From: Rhizaria sp. SCN 62-66
Lineage: Eukaryota
DNA length: 64,000 nucleotides
Direction: 5' to 3'
Assembly: GCA_001724265.1 (NCBI GenBank)
Contig: MEDY01000104.1
Span: forward strand, 1-64,000
Part shown: positions 62,239 through 64,000 of the stretch, piece after piece
Layout of the letters: every line of letters begins with the position of its first letter
Numbering within the stretch: the first letter of the stretch is position 1
The notes under the pieces: model-generated
The model's input: the letters and a program-made list of their open reading frames with translations, nothing else
Database searches by the model: none
What the model was told of the DNA's origin: nothing
Program-made: the position numbers and the translations under genes

Positions 62239-63206
62239 GGTGCGGCAAACTCAACAGCCGCCATTCTGCATATGGAGCAGATTACGACTCTGTTGTGAGA
62301 TAATTATTGAATTTTTAATATCTAACTCGAATATTATTGCAATCGACGTTTATTTAGACATTGAACTTCACCAGCGTCGCTCTGGTGCTGTTATACATAC
62401 ACTCATACTTTATTAACGCACTAAGCATCTCTTCTTATGCAAACGTTGCGACACAGATACGCTCAATCGAGTGTTGGCCAGTGGTACATTTGACATGCTG
62501 TATAGATCTATCTGTGTGACGCCAGCACCAAAGTCGTGCACGCACATAATGCAGTGAGAGAGCACACATGACGGACTTTAATGTTTTTGCTCTGGGGACT
62601 TGCCACTGCTGGGTGGCGGCTTGTCTGGGTTCTGCAGAATCCATATTGAGCCGTGTGCCAGTTTCTCCGTCAAGAGACATGTAAGCCACAAATCACACCA
62701 TTTTGGTAACGTTTTTATATAATTCTCTTTTAATGTCTCTTGGCTTGGCGTTTATAAGGCTGTGGGCTATGCCTGCACAACGTGGTAGTGAGTCCCACAA
62801 AACCTCTCTAAGATCAGTCCTGTCGTGTCCATGTTAACGTCATCTCGGCATTGAACAAGACTAAGTGGCAGTTCTAGTGTAAAAAAACGTCATTCACCCA
62901 TCATTTTATTGTCAGCTTCTGGCCTGCTTAGAACCAGCTCTTTCCCGCAAGCGCCTTGACAACTAACTGCGGCGGAAGTTGAACTGTTTTAGCGGAATAC
63001 CTACCGTCATCCACATCTATAGGACGTGTTAGCTCACACATCTTTGTTTGTACTGTATTAATATTCTGTAGTCGTAACAAACCCCCTTCTGGCCACACAT
63101 AACACATCTACGAGTTGCCTACAAACTTCGGTCTCAGTCACAGTTGCACTTGCACTCGCACGGTCGCACTCGCACGGTCGCAGTCGCGCGTTTGCAGTCG
63201 CCACCC

Positions 63207-64000
63207 ATGTCCCAGTCGTTGTCGCGCCTGAACGCCTCTGCGGCGGCGGCGCTGTCCCTCGTGCGTCCTTTCCTGTCGCCGTGGGCGCACGAGCAGCTGC
63301 TGCTGGAGCGCGTGGTATATCGCTACAACAACCAGCACAAGCGCAGCGACTTTTTCCGCGCCGCGCAGGTCGTCGCGCGCCGCAACCACCACGCGAACCT
63401 GCCCGCCGCCGCTCGCGCACTCCACGCACTTGCGAATGCCGCCGCCACTGCCACTGCCACTGCCACTGCGACAGTGGATGCGGCTGATGACGCGGCGGCG
63501 GCGCGGGCGGCGCGGCGTGCGGCGGCGGTGGCAGTGCTGCGCGCGCTCGACGCGTGCCGGGCCGCGCTGGTGTCCTTGGCGGCGGCGACGGGGCCCGTGC
63601 TGCGCCAGACGGGCATGACGTACTTCCTCCCGCTCATGCTTGCGCTGCACGGCTCATTCGCGCGCCTGTACGCAGTGTACCGCGCCGTGCTCGCGGCCCT
63701 GCTCCCACTCGCGCCGCTGCTGGCCGCATACGACCCCGATCGCCACAGCAACAGCAGCAGTCACAACGGCAGTCAGAGTGGCAGCGGCAGCAGTAGTAGT
63801 CAGAACAATGCTGGCATCAGTGCGAGTAATAGTGCTGCTGCGCCAGCAACGGCGGCGGCGGCAACGATGGCGGCAACGACAACGACGATGACGACGTTGG
63901 AGCTGCTGGGGACACTGCTGGAGCGGAAGCTTGACGTCGCCTTTCTTGTCCGCCCGAATCTCGCTAACAACAGCAGCAACCATAACAATAACAGCCACTG
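63207..64000 (+). CDS. Partial (3' truncated by window) NEPRO/Rmp1-like protein (RNase MRP-associated N-terminal domain)
   Basis: Open frame from ATG 63207 to the window edge, absent from the ORF track because it has no stop. EQLLLERVVYRYNNQHKRSDFF and TYFLPLMLALHGSFARL resemble the YxNxNQHR and F(M/L)P…ARL motifs of this family. Confidence 0.6.
   Translation, partial: MSQSLSRLNASAAAALSLVRPFLSPWAHEQLLLERVVYRYNNQHKRSDFFRAAQVVARRNHHANLPAAARALHALANAAATATATATATVDAADDAAAARAARRAAAVAVLRALDACRAALVSLAAATGPVLRQTGMTYFLPLMLALHGSFARLYAVYRAVLAALLPLAPLLAAYDPDRHSNSSSHNGSQSGSGSSSSQNNAGISASNSAAAPATAAAATMAATTTTMTTLELLGTLLERKLDVAFLVRPNLANNSSNHNNNSH

Noticed and set aside
62435-62689. 84-aa minus-strand ORF between Med14 and the NEPRO-like gene
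   Set aside because: No motif, atypical codon usage and no supporting splice pattern.
1478-63998. Hundreds of overlapping antisense and alternate-frame ORFs (poly-L/C/V/R) in the ORF track
   Set aside because: They are shadows of GC-rich trinucleotide-repeat coding sequence and carry no recognisable motifs.
1-64000. tRNA (especially a CUA-anticodon tRNA-Gln), rRNA, CRISPR arrays or transposase/RT genes
   Set aside because: None recognisable by eye. The repeats are microsatellites or short minisatellites without unique spacers. A tRNAscan-SE run is needed to exclude tRNAs properly.

Overview
Gene-dense, intron-poor nuclear DNA of a eukaryotic microbe, probably a flagellated protist. Coding regions are GC-rich and full of trinucleotide low-complexity tracts (poly-Q/N/A/S), separated by AT-rich spacers and short GT-AG introns. 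I can build 12 complete gene models and one partial: DHHC palmitoyltransferase, CFAP157-like protein, an unknown coiled-coil protein, organellar class-1 release factor, ankyrin-CaaX protein, OCIA-like membrane protein, EF-1beta (frameshifted), a ~5,400-aa TM/MORN/Trf4-type nucleotidyltransferase, TBCB, DDX52/ROK1, ARP1/centractin, Med14 and a partial NEPRO/Rmp1-like gene. The main signal is a non-standard nuclear genetic code. Six isolated in-frame TAG codons interrupt four otherwise intact genes, in Gln-conserved or Gln-rich contexts and with no intron nearby. All 12 complete genes end in TAA (6) or TGA (6) and none in TAG. The best reading is UAG=Gln with UAA and UGA kept as stops, a rare uncoupling of UAG from UAA. 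The supplied ORF track splits these genes for this reason. Family assignments come from motifs recognised by eye, not from database searches.
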